Positions 44,946 through 53,388 of a stretch of 53,914 nt of DNA are shown here, in pieces. Numbering within the stretch: position 1 is the stretch's first letter; every line of letters starts with the position of its first letter. This stretch comes from a virus (Duplodnaviria > Caudoviricetes), in IMG/VR virus record IMGVR_UViG_3300036791_001299, positions 1 through 53,914 of that record. The stretch is one strand, 5' to 3'. The translations under genes and the position numbers were made by a program. A model generated the notes under the pieces. It was given only the letters and a program-made list of their open reading frames with translations, did no database searches and was not told where the DNA came from.

Positions 44946-45269
44946 CGCCGGCATTGGCGCGGTATCAATCCGCTAAGTGCAAGCGTATCAACGCGATACG
45001 CTGGTCGACCCACGCGAAACCCGCATAAACATTGGCCAAAACGCATATTACGAGCGAATACGACCACGAGCGCAAAACGCCGTGCGATGCTGGACTCATC
45101 AGAATACTTGACAGCGCCCTATACGCATTACGCCATGAGACGTGGACGTCAAGGGTACATACCTCAGCGACGCGCGTCGTTTTCAACGCAATCACTCAAT
45201 TACATAAACAGAAGCTTCAACTCGCTGATGAATTTTACTCTCACTAAGCCCGAAACCAAGGAACACACC

Positions 45270-46049
45270 ATGAAACACACCAAAGCAACCCGTAAACGTA
45301 AGATCAAATTCCCCGCACGTCGTAAGCCTGTGGGATACCGCAAACTGATCAATATCGATTCCGACGCTAAGACCATCAAGGGTCGCAAACAGAATTACCT
45401 AACGGGGATCATGTACCTTGCGCCTCACACGTCTAGCGGGGTTATCGACACATGCGGAATGGCAAGTGCGGGTTGTATTGCAGCATGCCTTAATCTGTCG
45501 GGACGTGCGGAAGTTTTCCCCGATATCATCGAAGCGAGGATAGACAAAACGCGGTTCATGGTGTCGAATCCCGACGCATTCCGAGCATCTCTTGTGTATG
45601 ACGTCGAAACCGTCCGCCGTCGTGCTCTGAAACAAGGAATGAAACCCGCGGTAAGGATCAATGGGACATCCGATCTACCAAAGCTTGTTACTGCGGTTGC
45701 GGGCCTATTTCCTGATGTCCAGTTTTACGACTACACGAAGCTTCCTAACCCGTGGCTCCGGCAATTGCCGAATTACAGTCTGACGTTCAGCCACTCCGAA
45801 ACAAACCTACAGGCGTGCCTTGACGCACTAGCGCATGGCGTCAACGTCGCAGTGGTTTTCGGGCTTAAGAAGGGCACGCCGATGCCTGCAACGTGGCATG
45901 GATACCGCGTTGTCAATGGCGACGATACCGACTTGCGCTTCACGGATCCGAAGGGCGCTGTGGTCGGCTTGTACGCCAAGGGACGCGCGAAAAAAGACTG
46001 CAGCGGATTCGTCGTACGCGATTTGATCCAAATCGCGCTAGTAGCCTAG
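45270..46049 (+). CDS. Gp88-like phage protein (three-Cys motif)
   Basis: YLAP...CGMASAGCIAACL, VRINGTSD, QFYDYTK, YSLTFSHSE, GDDTDLRF, GFV. Confidence 0.7.
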   Translation: MKHTKATRKRKIKFPARRKPVGYRKLINIDSDAKTIKGRKQNYLTGIMYLAPHTSSGVIDTCGMASAGCIAACLNLSGRAEVFPDIIEARIDKTRFMVSNPDAFRASLVYDVETVRRRALKQGMKPAVRINGTSDLPKLVTAVAGLFPDVQFYDYTKLPNPWLRQLPNYSLTFSHSETNLQACLDALAHGVNVAVVFGLKKGTPMPATWHGYRVVNGDDTDLRFTDPKGAVVGLYAKGRAKKDCSGFVVRDLIQIALVA

Positions 46050-46130
46050 GTTTGAGTCCTGACAAGGACGGTATACGCGACGCCTATACCGTCAAGTCTG
46101 AATTTAAACCACACCCAAGGAACACACCAA

Positions 46131-46235
46131 ATGATCATCGGAACATCTTACTTTGTCTCAAAATCAAAGGCCATACGCTACTATCGCGCATACGAAGGTA
46201 ACTTACTCGCACTAGGACGAATCCTATTTTTCTAA
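46131..46235 (+). CDS. Small 34-aa ORF
   Basis: Preceded by AAGGAACACACCAA; MIIGTSYFVSKSKAIRYYRAYEGNLLALGRILFF. Confidence 0.45.
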   Translation: MIIGTSYFVSKSKAIRYYRAYEGNLLALGRILFF

Positions 46236-46255
46236 CTAACGCAAGGAACACACCA

Positions 46256-46510
46256 ATGAACACACTATCGAAAAAACAGCGCAAAGCAATCCTGAAGTCT
46301 GCAGACGCAAAGTATATCCGCATTCGGATTATACCTGGAATCGCACTTGCACCCAAGGAAACCGGTGAATCGTGGTATTACACTACACGTGGCGGTGCTC
46401 GCATCCTACATCCGAGCGCCTACAGCAAACGCGGGTTTTCCAACATGGTCTATCATGCGTCGACGCGTAGGATTGAAGTAGGTCAACAATGGGTCGACCA
46501 CGTAAGCTAG
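46256..46510 (+). CDS. Hypothetical basic protein
   Basis: AAGGAACACACCAATG start. Confidence 0.6.
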   Translation: MNTLSKKQRKAILKSADAKYIRIRIIPGIALAPKETGESWYYTTRGGARILHPSAYSKRGFSNMVYHASTRRIEVGQQWVDHVS

Positions 46511-46634
46511 CGTGCGCATGCGGGCACCCCGCGACAAAGTATGGTCTCTGCATTGGATGCCAGTACCGCGAGACCATACGCGCGATACCGCGCGCAGTAT
46601 TGGCACACTGGAGAAAACGTCAAAAGTGAAAAAT

Positions 46635-46664
46635 AAACCCACGCTAAACTAGCGTGGGTTTTTT
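46635..46664 (+). terminator. Intrinsic terminator
   Basis: AAACCCACGCTA-AAC-TAGCGTGGGTTTTTT. Confidence 0.8.
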
Positions 46665-46669
46665 AGTTT

Positions 46670-46825
46670 GCGGTCGGCAGCCGTGCTGGCGGTCGGCAGC
46701 CGTGCTGGCGGTCGGCAGCCGTGCTGTGCGGTCGGCAGCCGTGCTGTGCGGTCGGCAGCCGTGCTGTGCGGTCGGCAGCCGTGCTGTGCGGTCGGCAGCC
46801 GTGCTGTGCGGTCGGCAGCCGTGCT
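46670..46825. repeat. Tandem repeat, 8 x 19-20 bp
   Basis: GCGGTCGGCAGCCGTGCTG(T). Confidence 0.95.
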
Positions 46826-47147
46826 TACCAAGGAAAAGACTATTTTCGCCTTTTCTTCATTTTTATTGTTGATAACAAATGAGTTAACATTTGATCTTCG
46901 ATAGTCACACGAAAAAAGACATTTGTGGGCTAATTTCTGTCAACTGTACTGACAAATATATTTTGCGACGCGGTCAAACGGTCTCTAGCGCGCGCCATAA
47001 CCCGCGCCAAAGGCCGGTTTTTCTATTGTTTTCAATAGCTTGCAACGGTGTGACATATGACGTACGCGCTAAACTGTTGAAAACAATACTTATCCTTTGT
47101 TTTCAACAATTTAACGACTGTCACACGCCTACTGATGTGCGACACGG

Positions 47148-47375
47148 GAAGGAAAGGCGAAAACGCATGTGAAAAGGGGTCTTGGCGAAATAGTAAGGGG
47201 TCCCGGAAAATTTGAAAATTTCAGGAAAATTCTGGCCCGGCATTTTTTCCCGGCCAAAAAAGGGGTCCCCGGCTGGGCCGCCGTTCCCGGCAACACGCAT
47301 CCCTTGTTGACAAAAACTGCTCTCCTACACGATACTCATGTGTACAAGGCGGCGGTCACTGACTGCCAGCCTTAA
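47148..47375 (+). repeat. 228-bp direct repeat, copy 1, containing promoter TTGACA-N18-GATACT (47307-47336)
   Basis: Near-identical to 49087-49314 except for a short central segment. Confidence 0.92.
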
Positions 47376-47605
47376 TAGTTGAGACTCCACCGGAGTCCAG
47401 GAAGCAGGTCATCGACCTTTGAGTATCAAACCCACCTTGACGCCGCGCAATCCCGCAGTCGACCATCCCCGAATAAGCTCATCTCCCGTCGTCCACCACC
47501 GTTAAAGCCTAAAGCTCTTGACCGGCGGTGGTGATGACAGCACGGCATTGGTTTCGACCAGTGTCATGCTGCCCGCATCGCGGGAGAAGAGAGTTAACAC
47601 ACCAA

Positions 47606-48565
47606 ATGGAAGCAACAATCACCTACTTGCTCACCGAGCAAGCTCAACGCAAAGCCATGGCGGCCACTGGCCAGCCAGTTCACCGAAAGCAGACGATGGT
47701 TATCGACGTCCCAGGCGACGATCTCATGCTATTCCCGATCTCAGACGACGGGACTATCTCCGTTGACGTGAGTGGCTTCAGCTGCAGCCGCTGGGCCGAT
47801 CCCCTTAACGCTGCGGGATGGTCACCATGGAACGGTGGAACCGGCACCACGGCGGTTGCAATCAACCCGCCGTTTCTGGCCGACCTACAGCGCGGTCTAG
47901 CTGTTTTGACCGCTCGCAAAGAAGAGCAAAGGCAGCTCACCGCCAGCAATGATAAGTACAACCGGCAGATGACCGAGGCCGCCTATTTGCTGTTTTTTGC
48001 CGACCGCGACGCGCGAATCAACACTACCGCGCTTCGCGGACTCCGCGAATATGTGGGCAATCTGCACTCACCAGCCGACTGGTGGCCAGAGCAACATGCT
48101 GAATTTGTCGCGGAAATCAACCGCCGGAATGCCGCTGACGTGGCGGCGAAGAAAGCCGCCGAGCAAGCCAAGGAAGATGCCAAGTCGCGCTACATCGCGG
48201 ACTGGGCGGCCCATGCGGCTGCTAATATCCGCGAGCAATTCAACGATGGGCTGCTATCGCGCAGCCAGATACTCGAGTTGATCGCGGACGAATTTTTCTC
48301 CAAGCTCAAGCTGCCGGAGCACACCCCCCACACGTGCTCCAACCGGCAGTGTCCATGCAGCGATGACCGGGTGGAAATTGTGTCCATCGAAGCTTATGCC
48401 GCATGGCGCGAGATTAAGGCCAACGTCCCCGAAGGAGCAACGGTCAAATTTTCTAAAGTTACCAGCGATGATAATCTACTAGAGCCCTATTACACGGCTG
48501 ACTTGAGCCTACCGTGTGGTCCGTTCACATTCGACCGCCGCATCCAGCTGAATCTCCAAGACTAG
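47606..48565 (+). CDS. Hypothetical protein (319 aa)
   Basis: AACACACCAAATG start; long ORF with a coiled coil and CSNRQCPC. Confidence 0.75.
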   Translation: MEATITYLLTEQAQRKAMAATGQPVHRKQTMVIDVPGDDLMLFPISDDGTISVDVSGFSCSRWADPLNAAGWSPWNGGTGTTAVAINPPFLADLQRGLAVLTARKEEQRQLTASNDKYNRQMTEAAYLLFFADRDARINTTALRGLREYVGNLHSPADWWPEQHAEFVAEINRRNAADVAAKKAAEQAKEDAKSRYIADWAAHAAANIREQFNDGLLSRSQILELIADEFFSKLKLPEHTPHTCSNRQCPCSDDRVEIVSIEAYAAWREIKANVPEGATVKFSKVTSDDNLLEPYYTADLSLPCGPFTFDRRIQLNLQD

Positions 48566-48598
48566 TCTTCAAAGCGGCCAGGATATATAATGCGCACG

Positions 48599-48730
48599 AT
48601 GAACCTTCATCTGGCGTTTATGGTCCTGGCCGCATTTTGCTTTGCACTAGCGGCGCTCGATGTCACCGTGCCGCGGGTCAATCTGATGGCGCTGGGACTC
48701 TGCTTCGCGGCGATTTCGGCGTTGCTCTAA
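48599..48730 (+). CDS. 43-aa two-helix membrane protein
   Basis: MNLHLAFMVLAAFCFALAALDVTVPRVNLMALGLCFAAISALL; TATAAT 7 nt upstream. Confidence 0.6.
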   Translation: MNLHLAFMVLAAFCFALAALDVTVPRVNLMALGLCFAAISALL

Positions 48731-48797
48731 ATGTTGGAATGGCAAAACGACGCCAGTTACCTACCATCGCCACTGAGGATTTTATGACCGCTATCGA

Positions 48798-48835
48798 GCC
48801 CACATTGCGCCACTGAGCGAATGTGGGCTTTTTTG
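48798..48835 (+). terminator. Intrinsic terminator
   Basis: AGCCCACATT...AATGTGGGCT followed by a T run. Confidence 0.7.
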
Positions 48836-48846
48836 TTCGTGGAGCC

Positions 48847-49063
48847 GTGGTGCCCGTGGTGGTGTCGGCGTGCCCGCGGTGGCATCGGCGTGTCCGCGGT
48901 GAGCATCGGCGTGCCCGCGGTGGCATCGGCGTGCCCGTGGTGGTGTCGGCGTGCCCGCGGTGGTGTCGGCGTGCCCGCGGTGGCATCGGCGTGTCCGCGG
49001 TGAGCATCGGCGTGCCCGCGGTGGCATCGGCGTGCCCGTGGTGGTGTCGGCGTGCCCGCGGTG
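48847..49063. repeat. Imperfect tandem repeat, ~10 x 20-21 bp
   Basis: (G)GTGG(CA/TG)TCGGCGTG(C/T)CCG(C/T)G units. Confidence 0.9.
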
Positions 49064-49086
49064 GAGCACGTTAAGAGTCCGAGGTT

Positions 49087-49314
49087 GAAGGAAAGGCGAA
49101 AACGCATGTGAAAAGGGGTCTTGGCGAAATAGTAAGGGGTCCCGGAAAATTTGAAAAATCCCAGGAAAAACCGGCCCTGGAAAATTTCCCGGCCAAAAAA
49201 GGGGTCCCCGGCTGGGCCGCCGTTCCCGGCAACACGCATCCCTTGTTGACAAAAACTGCTCTCCTACACGATACTCATGTGTACAAGGCGGCGGTCACTG
49301 ACTGCCAGCCTTAA
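49087..49314 (+). repeat. 228-bp direct repeat, copy 2, with promoter TTGACA-N18-GATACT (49246-49275)
   Basis: Near-identical to 47148-47375. Confidence 0.92.
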
Positions 49315-49318
49315 GCCG

Positions 49319-49354
49319 GTCTTAATGCCCGTTCAGTGGCTTGGTAGCTGAGAC
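49319..49354 (+). repeat. Solitary CRISPR repeat
   Basis: GTCTTAATGCCCGTTCAGTGGCTTGGTAGCTGAGAC; last 22 nt identical to the array consensus. Confidence 0.9.
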
Positions 49355-50287
49355 CCCTATCTTAATTCGGATCTCGCGTGGAGCCGGTGTATTGCCGCGT
49401 GGACCGCGCACAGTTTGCGGCGACCAGAATACGCCATGCAGTTTGCCAAACAAGCCACGGCCTTCGCGATAGTCGCGGAAGTGGCCGCGGCAGATATGGA
49501 GCGACTTCTGGATGCTGCCGCCGGGATCATGCGACCGGCCTTCGCGGCGAAGAATCTGTTTCAGCGGCTCGATCACCAGCGTCTTCGGCACGACCGGCTT
49601 AACACCGTGGTTGCGCTCGTACTTTTTGGCGAGTTTGGGCGGCACCGGACCGTCGACCACCGCCACGTTTTTGCAATGCAGAAATGAGATGGCGAGCAAT
49701 GCCGGATGCAAGTAAGTGATGAAATTGTGCATCTCGTTTTTATAGTCGTCCGCGCAGTAAATCACCATTGCGGGTTGCTGCAGCAGGTGTCCATCAGCAT
49801 CGATAAACAGCACAATTGAGCCGATGGGTCCGGTTGCCGTGACACTGCGGAAACCGTAATCGTGAAATTGCTCGCAGTGCAGAATCCACCGCGTGCCGTC
49901 CGGAATCGGCATGGCTTTACGCACATGGTCCGGGTTGGCGACGATGCAAAGCGCGCCTTGACGACCGTTAGGCATGAACGCCGTCACGTCGGTGTCGCCT
50001 TTCTCTTTCGAGTGGATACGCCGGGGCATTTTACACTCCAGCCAAAACATCGGATAGGGTGGTGCTAAATTCGGGAAATCATCCCGCAGATCCCAATACT
50101 CCTGGTCGCTCGAATAGTAATAATCAGCAACGTTGTCGATTAGTAGCACCGGCAGCTGCGGGTCGTGTAGGCATGTCCACACACGAGCGCCCAGCTCATT
50201 CCAGCGCTCTTGAAGCTGCGGCGCGATAAACCACGGCATGGCGATTTTGGCTCCAGGTGCGCGGATGTCGTCGATTAAACGCGGCAT
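49322..50287 (-). CDS. Hypothetical phage protein; C-terminus encoded by a CRISPR repeat copy
   Basis: 321 aa, HICRGHF...LFG...FW...VRG motif; ends VSATKPLNGH. Confidence 0.75.
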   Translation of the reverse strand: MPRLIDDIRAPGAKIAMPWFIAPQLQERWNELGARVWTCLHDPQLPVLLIDNVADYYYSSDQEYWDLRDDFPNLAPPYPMFWLECKMPRRIHSKEKGDTDVTAFMPNGRQGALCIVANPDHVRKAMPIPDGTRWILHCEQFHDYGFRSVTATGPIGSIVLFIDADGHLLQQPAMVIYCADDYKNEMHNFITYLHPALLAISFLHCKNVAVVDGPVPPKLAKKYERNHGVKPVVPKTLVIEPLKQILRREGRSHDPGGSIQKSLHICRGHFRDYREGRGLFGKLHGVFWSPQTVRGPRGNTPAPREIRIKIGVSATKPLNGH

Positions 50288-50553
50288 GGTTTCTCCGACT
50301 CAATCTCGTAGTGGCCGCCACCCGCGATTTCGCGCCAGGGACCAAAGCTCTCGCGCATGAGCAGCATGACAATGCCGCCGGGACCCAGGAGCACACCATC
50401 TTCGAGCACGCGCACCCACTCTGGTTTGTCGGCGAGTGTGAGTCCGATGGACTTCTGATTGGCGGAGATAACCTCCACCGTGGCTTGTGCGGCTTGTGCG
50501 GGTGATCCATGCGGATGCACCCAAACGACGTCGCCTTTGTTGATCTGTGCCAT
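50275..50553 (-). CDS. Hypothetical protein
   Basis: Likely start MAQINKGD. Confidence 0.55.
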   Translation of the reverse strand: MAQINKGDVVWVHPHGSPAQAAQATVEVISANQKSIGLTLADKPEWVRVLEDGVLLGPGGIVMLLMRESFGPWREIAGGGHYEIESEKPCRV

Positions 50554-50557
50554 TGGC

Positions 50558-51064
50558 TCAGTCCTCCGGCTCCAGCTTCGGCTTGAGTATTTTGCGCAGA
50601 AACTCTTGCAGGTTGCCTTCGAATTTCCCCAGTGGTATCGCGCCAAGCTGGAATTCCGGCTCTGACTCTTTCTCGTCGCTGATGTCGACCAGCACCCAGT
50701 CGCGGCGCACTCCCACGCACGCCACGTGCAGCGCATGCAATTCAGAGCGCGCCGAATACCAGAAGAGCTCCTTAGTCAGATCAGTGATATGGTCCAGCTT
50801 GTTGAACTGGTCTTTGAGCACCGCCTTTTCTTCGTGCCCCAACATGAAGTCACCTTCGATTCGCGACTCGAGCAGTTTCAGCTCGAGCATATACTTGCGG
50901 TGCAGGCAACCCACGGCGCGAGTGGCGCGGTCGATAATGACGCCGAGCATCTTCTGGGTGTCCTTGGGTGGCTCGAGCGAATCACCCGCCTTGCGGATCT
51001 CCTCGTCAGTGACCTTCGCGACCGCCGTGATCAGGTCTTTAAGTACTATTGGCATTCCTTCCAT
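50558..51064 (-). CDS. Hypothetical protein
   Basis: AAGGAG RBS, 168 aa. Confidence 0.65.
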   Translation of the reverse strand: MEGMPIVLKDLITAVAKVTDEEIRKAGDSLEPPKDTQKMLGVIIDRATRAVGCLHRKYMLELKLLESRIEGDFMLGHEEKAVLKDQFNKLDHITDLTKELFWYSARSELHALHVACVGVRRDWVLVDISDEKESEPEFQLGAIPLGKFEGNLQEFLRKILKPKLEPED

Positions 51065-51479
51065 TTAGTGAATCTCCTTTTTGATTGGTGGTAAGCTCAT
51101 GCGAATCTAATGCCCGTCCGGCGGCCTTTGTAGTCGGGGCGACCAGGACATAGTGTGGTTTGCCCAGCCGTTTCATCTGGTAAATCATATTGCGTGTGCC
51201 GGGTGATTTGCCGTCCCAGATAGCGACCAGACCTTCTGCGGCTGCGGCCATCTCCGCGTTGCGAATAGGGCCCGCAGCTTTACCGTGCTTGGTCCAATTG
51301 GCGGGATATCGTTCAATTGGAATATGCTTCGCCTTCGCCCATTGCGCGCCTAAGTGGTCGATGCCGTCCGGCGCGCAGCCACTGATGACTGCGGTGACGT
51401 TGAAACCAGAGCGCTCGACAGCTATTCCGATGAGCGAGTAATCGGTAATGGAGCGGCTGCCCGCAATGATGACTTTCAT
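51039..51479 (-). CDS. SLOG family (DUF2493/YspA-like) protein
   Basis: MKVIIAGSR, VISGCA.DG.D, ANW..HGKAAGPIRN.EM, WDGKSPGT. Confidence 0.85.
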   Translation of the reverse strand: MKVIIAGSRSITDYSLIGIAVERSGFNVTAVISGCAPDGIDHLGAQWAKAKHIPIERYPANWTKHGKAAGPIRNAEMAAAAEGLVAIWDGKSPGTRNMIYQMKRLGKPHYVLVAPTTKAAGRALDSHELTTNQKGDSLNGRNANST

Positions 51480-52075
51480 GCCGTCACCGGCGGCTTCCAT
51501 GGCGCGCCCATAACGCCACGCACCAGGGCTTCGCCTTCGGCACGGTCGAGCTGCGCGCCATGCCGCCAGTACTCGATGGCAATGATCGGCTTTATGGGTC
51601 CGACGCGCGGCAACTGCGCGGGGAACTTTGCCATGTCGACCATCACGCCGGTTGATGCAATGGCCACGAATAAGACTGGCCTATCCGGGATCTGGGTCTC
51701 GTCAACCAAGACCCGCGACGGCGGCAACACGCGCGACTCCGCCGGACGTCCGGTCTCGTGATAGTGAGGTGCGGCCAGCCAGGGGCAGACGCGCAGCGCG
51801 AATTGCGCGCACTCATAATGCATGGGTAGATCGATGTAGCAACCGCGCGGGTCGAATGCGGAGCGCGGTCCGCCGACAAACCACTTGGTGCGAGCCAGCA
51901 GCTGGCCGCATATCGGACATAGTCCGCCGAATAGAGCGGTCATGTGACGCCGGTCGTCATTGACAACAAAATACGGCTTGCCGTCTTCGCGAAGCACATT
52001 CCAGGGGATTGGATAGCCGCGCGGATCGCGGTCGAGACGTGCAATACGTGGAGGTATGTCGGGTGGCAGGGTCAT
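51476..52075 (-). CDS. Hypothetical Cys/His phage protein
   Basis: RGYPIPW, CPICG, FVGGP, MHYECA...CPWL. Confidence 0.7.
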   Translation of the reverse strand: MTLPPDIPPRIARLDRDPRGYPIPWNVLREDGKPYFVVNDDRRHMTALFGGLCPICGQLLARTKWFVGGPRSAFDPRGCYIDLPMHYECAQFALRVCPWLAAPHYHETGRPAESRVLPPSRVLVDETQIPDRPVLFVAIASTGVMVDMAKFPAQLPRVGPIKPIIAIEYWRHGAQLDRAEGEALVRGVMGAPWKPPVTA

Positions 52076-52317
52076 ACGATGCGCCGCTCGGTCTCCATGC
52101 GGCTGAGCCGGGTATCGAGTTCCGAGTGGTTTTTCTCGAGTAGCACGCGCAGCTCTGCGATGTCCTTGGACGTCTCGGCGCGGCTGGCTGTAATCTTCGC
52201 GGCCAGCAATTCCTTGATGTCATTGAGGCGCGTGTTATTCAAAAACACGCCGATCAGTACAGCCAGGAACGATGTCGAGAGCGCGATAGCAAGGGTGAGT
52301 ATCTGGGTGTCGGTCAT
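52072..52317 (-). CDS. Small membrane-anchored coiled-coil protein
   Basis: N-terminal hydrophobic helix plus heptads. Confidence 0.65.
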   Translation of the reverse strand: MTDTQILTLAIALSTSFLAVLIGVFLNNTRLNDIKELLAAKITASRAETSKDIAELRVLLEKNHSELDTRLSRMETERRIV

Positions 52318-52580
52318 TGGATCTTTTCTGGGTGAATGCGGATGGGTTGCACCATGCGGTCCGGCGTGCTGCCAAAGCGGAAGAAGCGCTGGTTGACGTC
52401 TGGCTCATCGAGAAACTCAATCTCGATGGTGAAGTTGTCCTGGTGAGCAGCGATCATCTCCATGTGCTCTTCGGCAATATCCGTCAGGAGAGTGTCCATT
52501 TGCTCGGTCTCGATAACAAGGTTGTCGCGGAATACCAGAGTGTCACCGGCATAACCGCGGATCGCAAGACGAATGGTCAT
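52314..52580 (-). CDS. Hypothetical protein
   Basis: ATGA-coupled on both sides. Confidence 0.6.
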   Translation of the reverse strand: MTIRLAIRGYAGDTLVFRDNLVIETEQMDTLLTDIAEEHMEMIAAHQDNFTIEIEFLDEPDVNQRFFRFGSTPDRMVQPIRIHPEKIQ

Positions 52581-52753
52581 TTGAGCCTTTCTTCAAGGCG
52601 TGCAATCTTGCCTTCATGGATGACGAGGTAGTCGATCAGCCGTTTGACATCGGCGGCTATCGGGTCGATCTTGGCGTCGATGTAGTACTTCAAAAAACCG
52701 AAGCCAGCGATCAATAATCCCGCTACTGCGAAAAATAGCTGGCTGGTGGTCAT
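52577..52753 (-). CDS. Small membrane-anchored coiled-coil protein
   Basis: MTTSQLFFAVAGLLIAGFGFLKYYIDAKID...ARLEERLK. Confidence 0.6.
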   Translation of the reverse strand: MTTSQLFFAVAGLLIAGFGFLKYYIDAKIDPIAADVKRLIDYLVIHEGKIARLEERLK

Positions 52754-53130
52754 TTGGTCAACTCCAGCGCGCGGTCGAGCAGATCGCGGTATTGCGGTCG
52801 CTTTTTGCGCTTGCGTTGTTTGCGCTGCGGCTTTTCTGTTTGCTGCAGAGCTGAAACGTCGACACCCAGCGCGCGGCAACATTCGAAGCCCCGGGTGCGC
52901 GCACGGGTGAGTGTATTCGCGCAGCAGGGGCAGCGCTCCTTGTCGCTGAACGGTGGGCCGATATGGCGTGGCTCCCAATTGTCGACGGCGGCGGCGGACA
53001 CCATCCAGCTTCTGCCGAATGGCGTGGCGGGGATATCGCCGCGGCGGATAGCGACACGGACGCCGCATGCGGTCATGCCGAGGCGGCGCGCGGCTTCGGC
53101 GGTGGTGATGAATTCTTCGGTAGTGGGCAT
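52750..53130 (-). CDS. HTH_17 DNA-binding protein
   Basis: ITTAEAARRLGMT..GVRVAIRRGDIPA.PFGRSWMV. Confidence 0.75.
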   Translation of the reverse strand: MPTTEEFITTAEAARRLGMTACGVRVAIRRGDIPATPFGRSWMVSAAAVDNWEPRHIGPPFSDKERCPCCANTLTRARTRGFECCRALGVDVSALQQTEKPQRKQRKRKKRPQYRDLLDRALELTK

Positions 53131-53140
53131 AGCTTCGCCC

Positions 53141-53170
53141 ATAGTACCGCAAGCGCAAGAGTTATGTCAA
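53141..53170 (-). promoter_or_regulatory. Sigma70-like promoter TTGACA-N18-TACTAT
   Basis: Perfect -35, near-consensus -10, heads the 49.3-53.1 kb operon. Confidence 0.65.
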
Positions 53171-53388
53171 TTGAAGAGCTGGGTTTGATCCGGGTCTGGA
53201 CCCGGCGCGCCCTTTTTCTCGCGGACTGGCAGGGAGACGGCGGGTGTCGGAGTTTCCGGCTCGGACGGTCTTGTGAACCTTTTCCAATGATGCACCAGCA
53301 TCCAGACGTACCACTCGCGGTAGCGCATGCGGCGCGGCGGTGGTGCGTTTTCGCTTGCGGACGGATGAGCCTTCGCGTTGTGTGACAC
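53167..53388 (-). CDS. Hypothetical protein
   Basis: 73-aa ORF, weak support. Confidence 0.35.
   Translation of the reverse strand: MSHNAKAHPSASENAPPPRRMRYREWYVWMLVHHWKRFTRPSEPETPTPAVSLPVREKKGAPGPDPDQTQLFN

Noticed and set aside
44838-45269. N-terminal extension of the 403-aa ORF
   Set aside because: Runs through regulatory repeats; the real start is likely ATG 45270 with an RBS
48808-48817. GCCACTGAGC in the terminator loop matches the CRISPR repeat core
   Set aside because: Only 10 nt with no flanking similarity; plausibly chance
46670-49063. Tandem repeats as additional CRISPR arrays or coding repeats
   Set aside because: No unique spacers; ORFs across them are low-complexity artefacts
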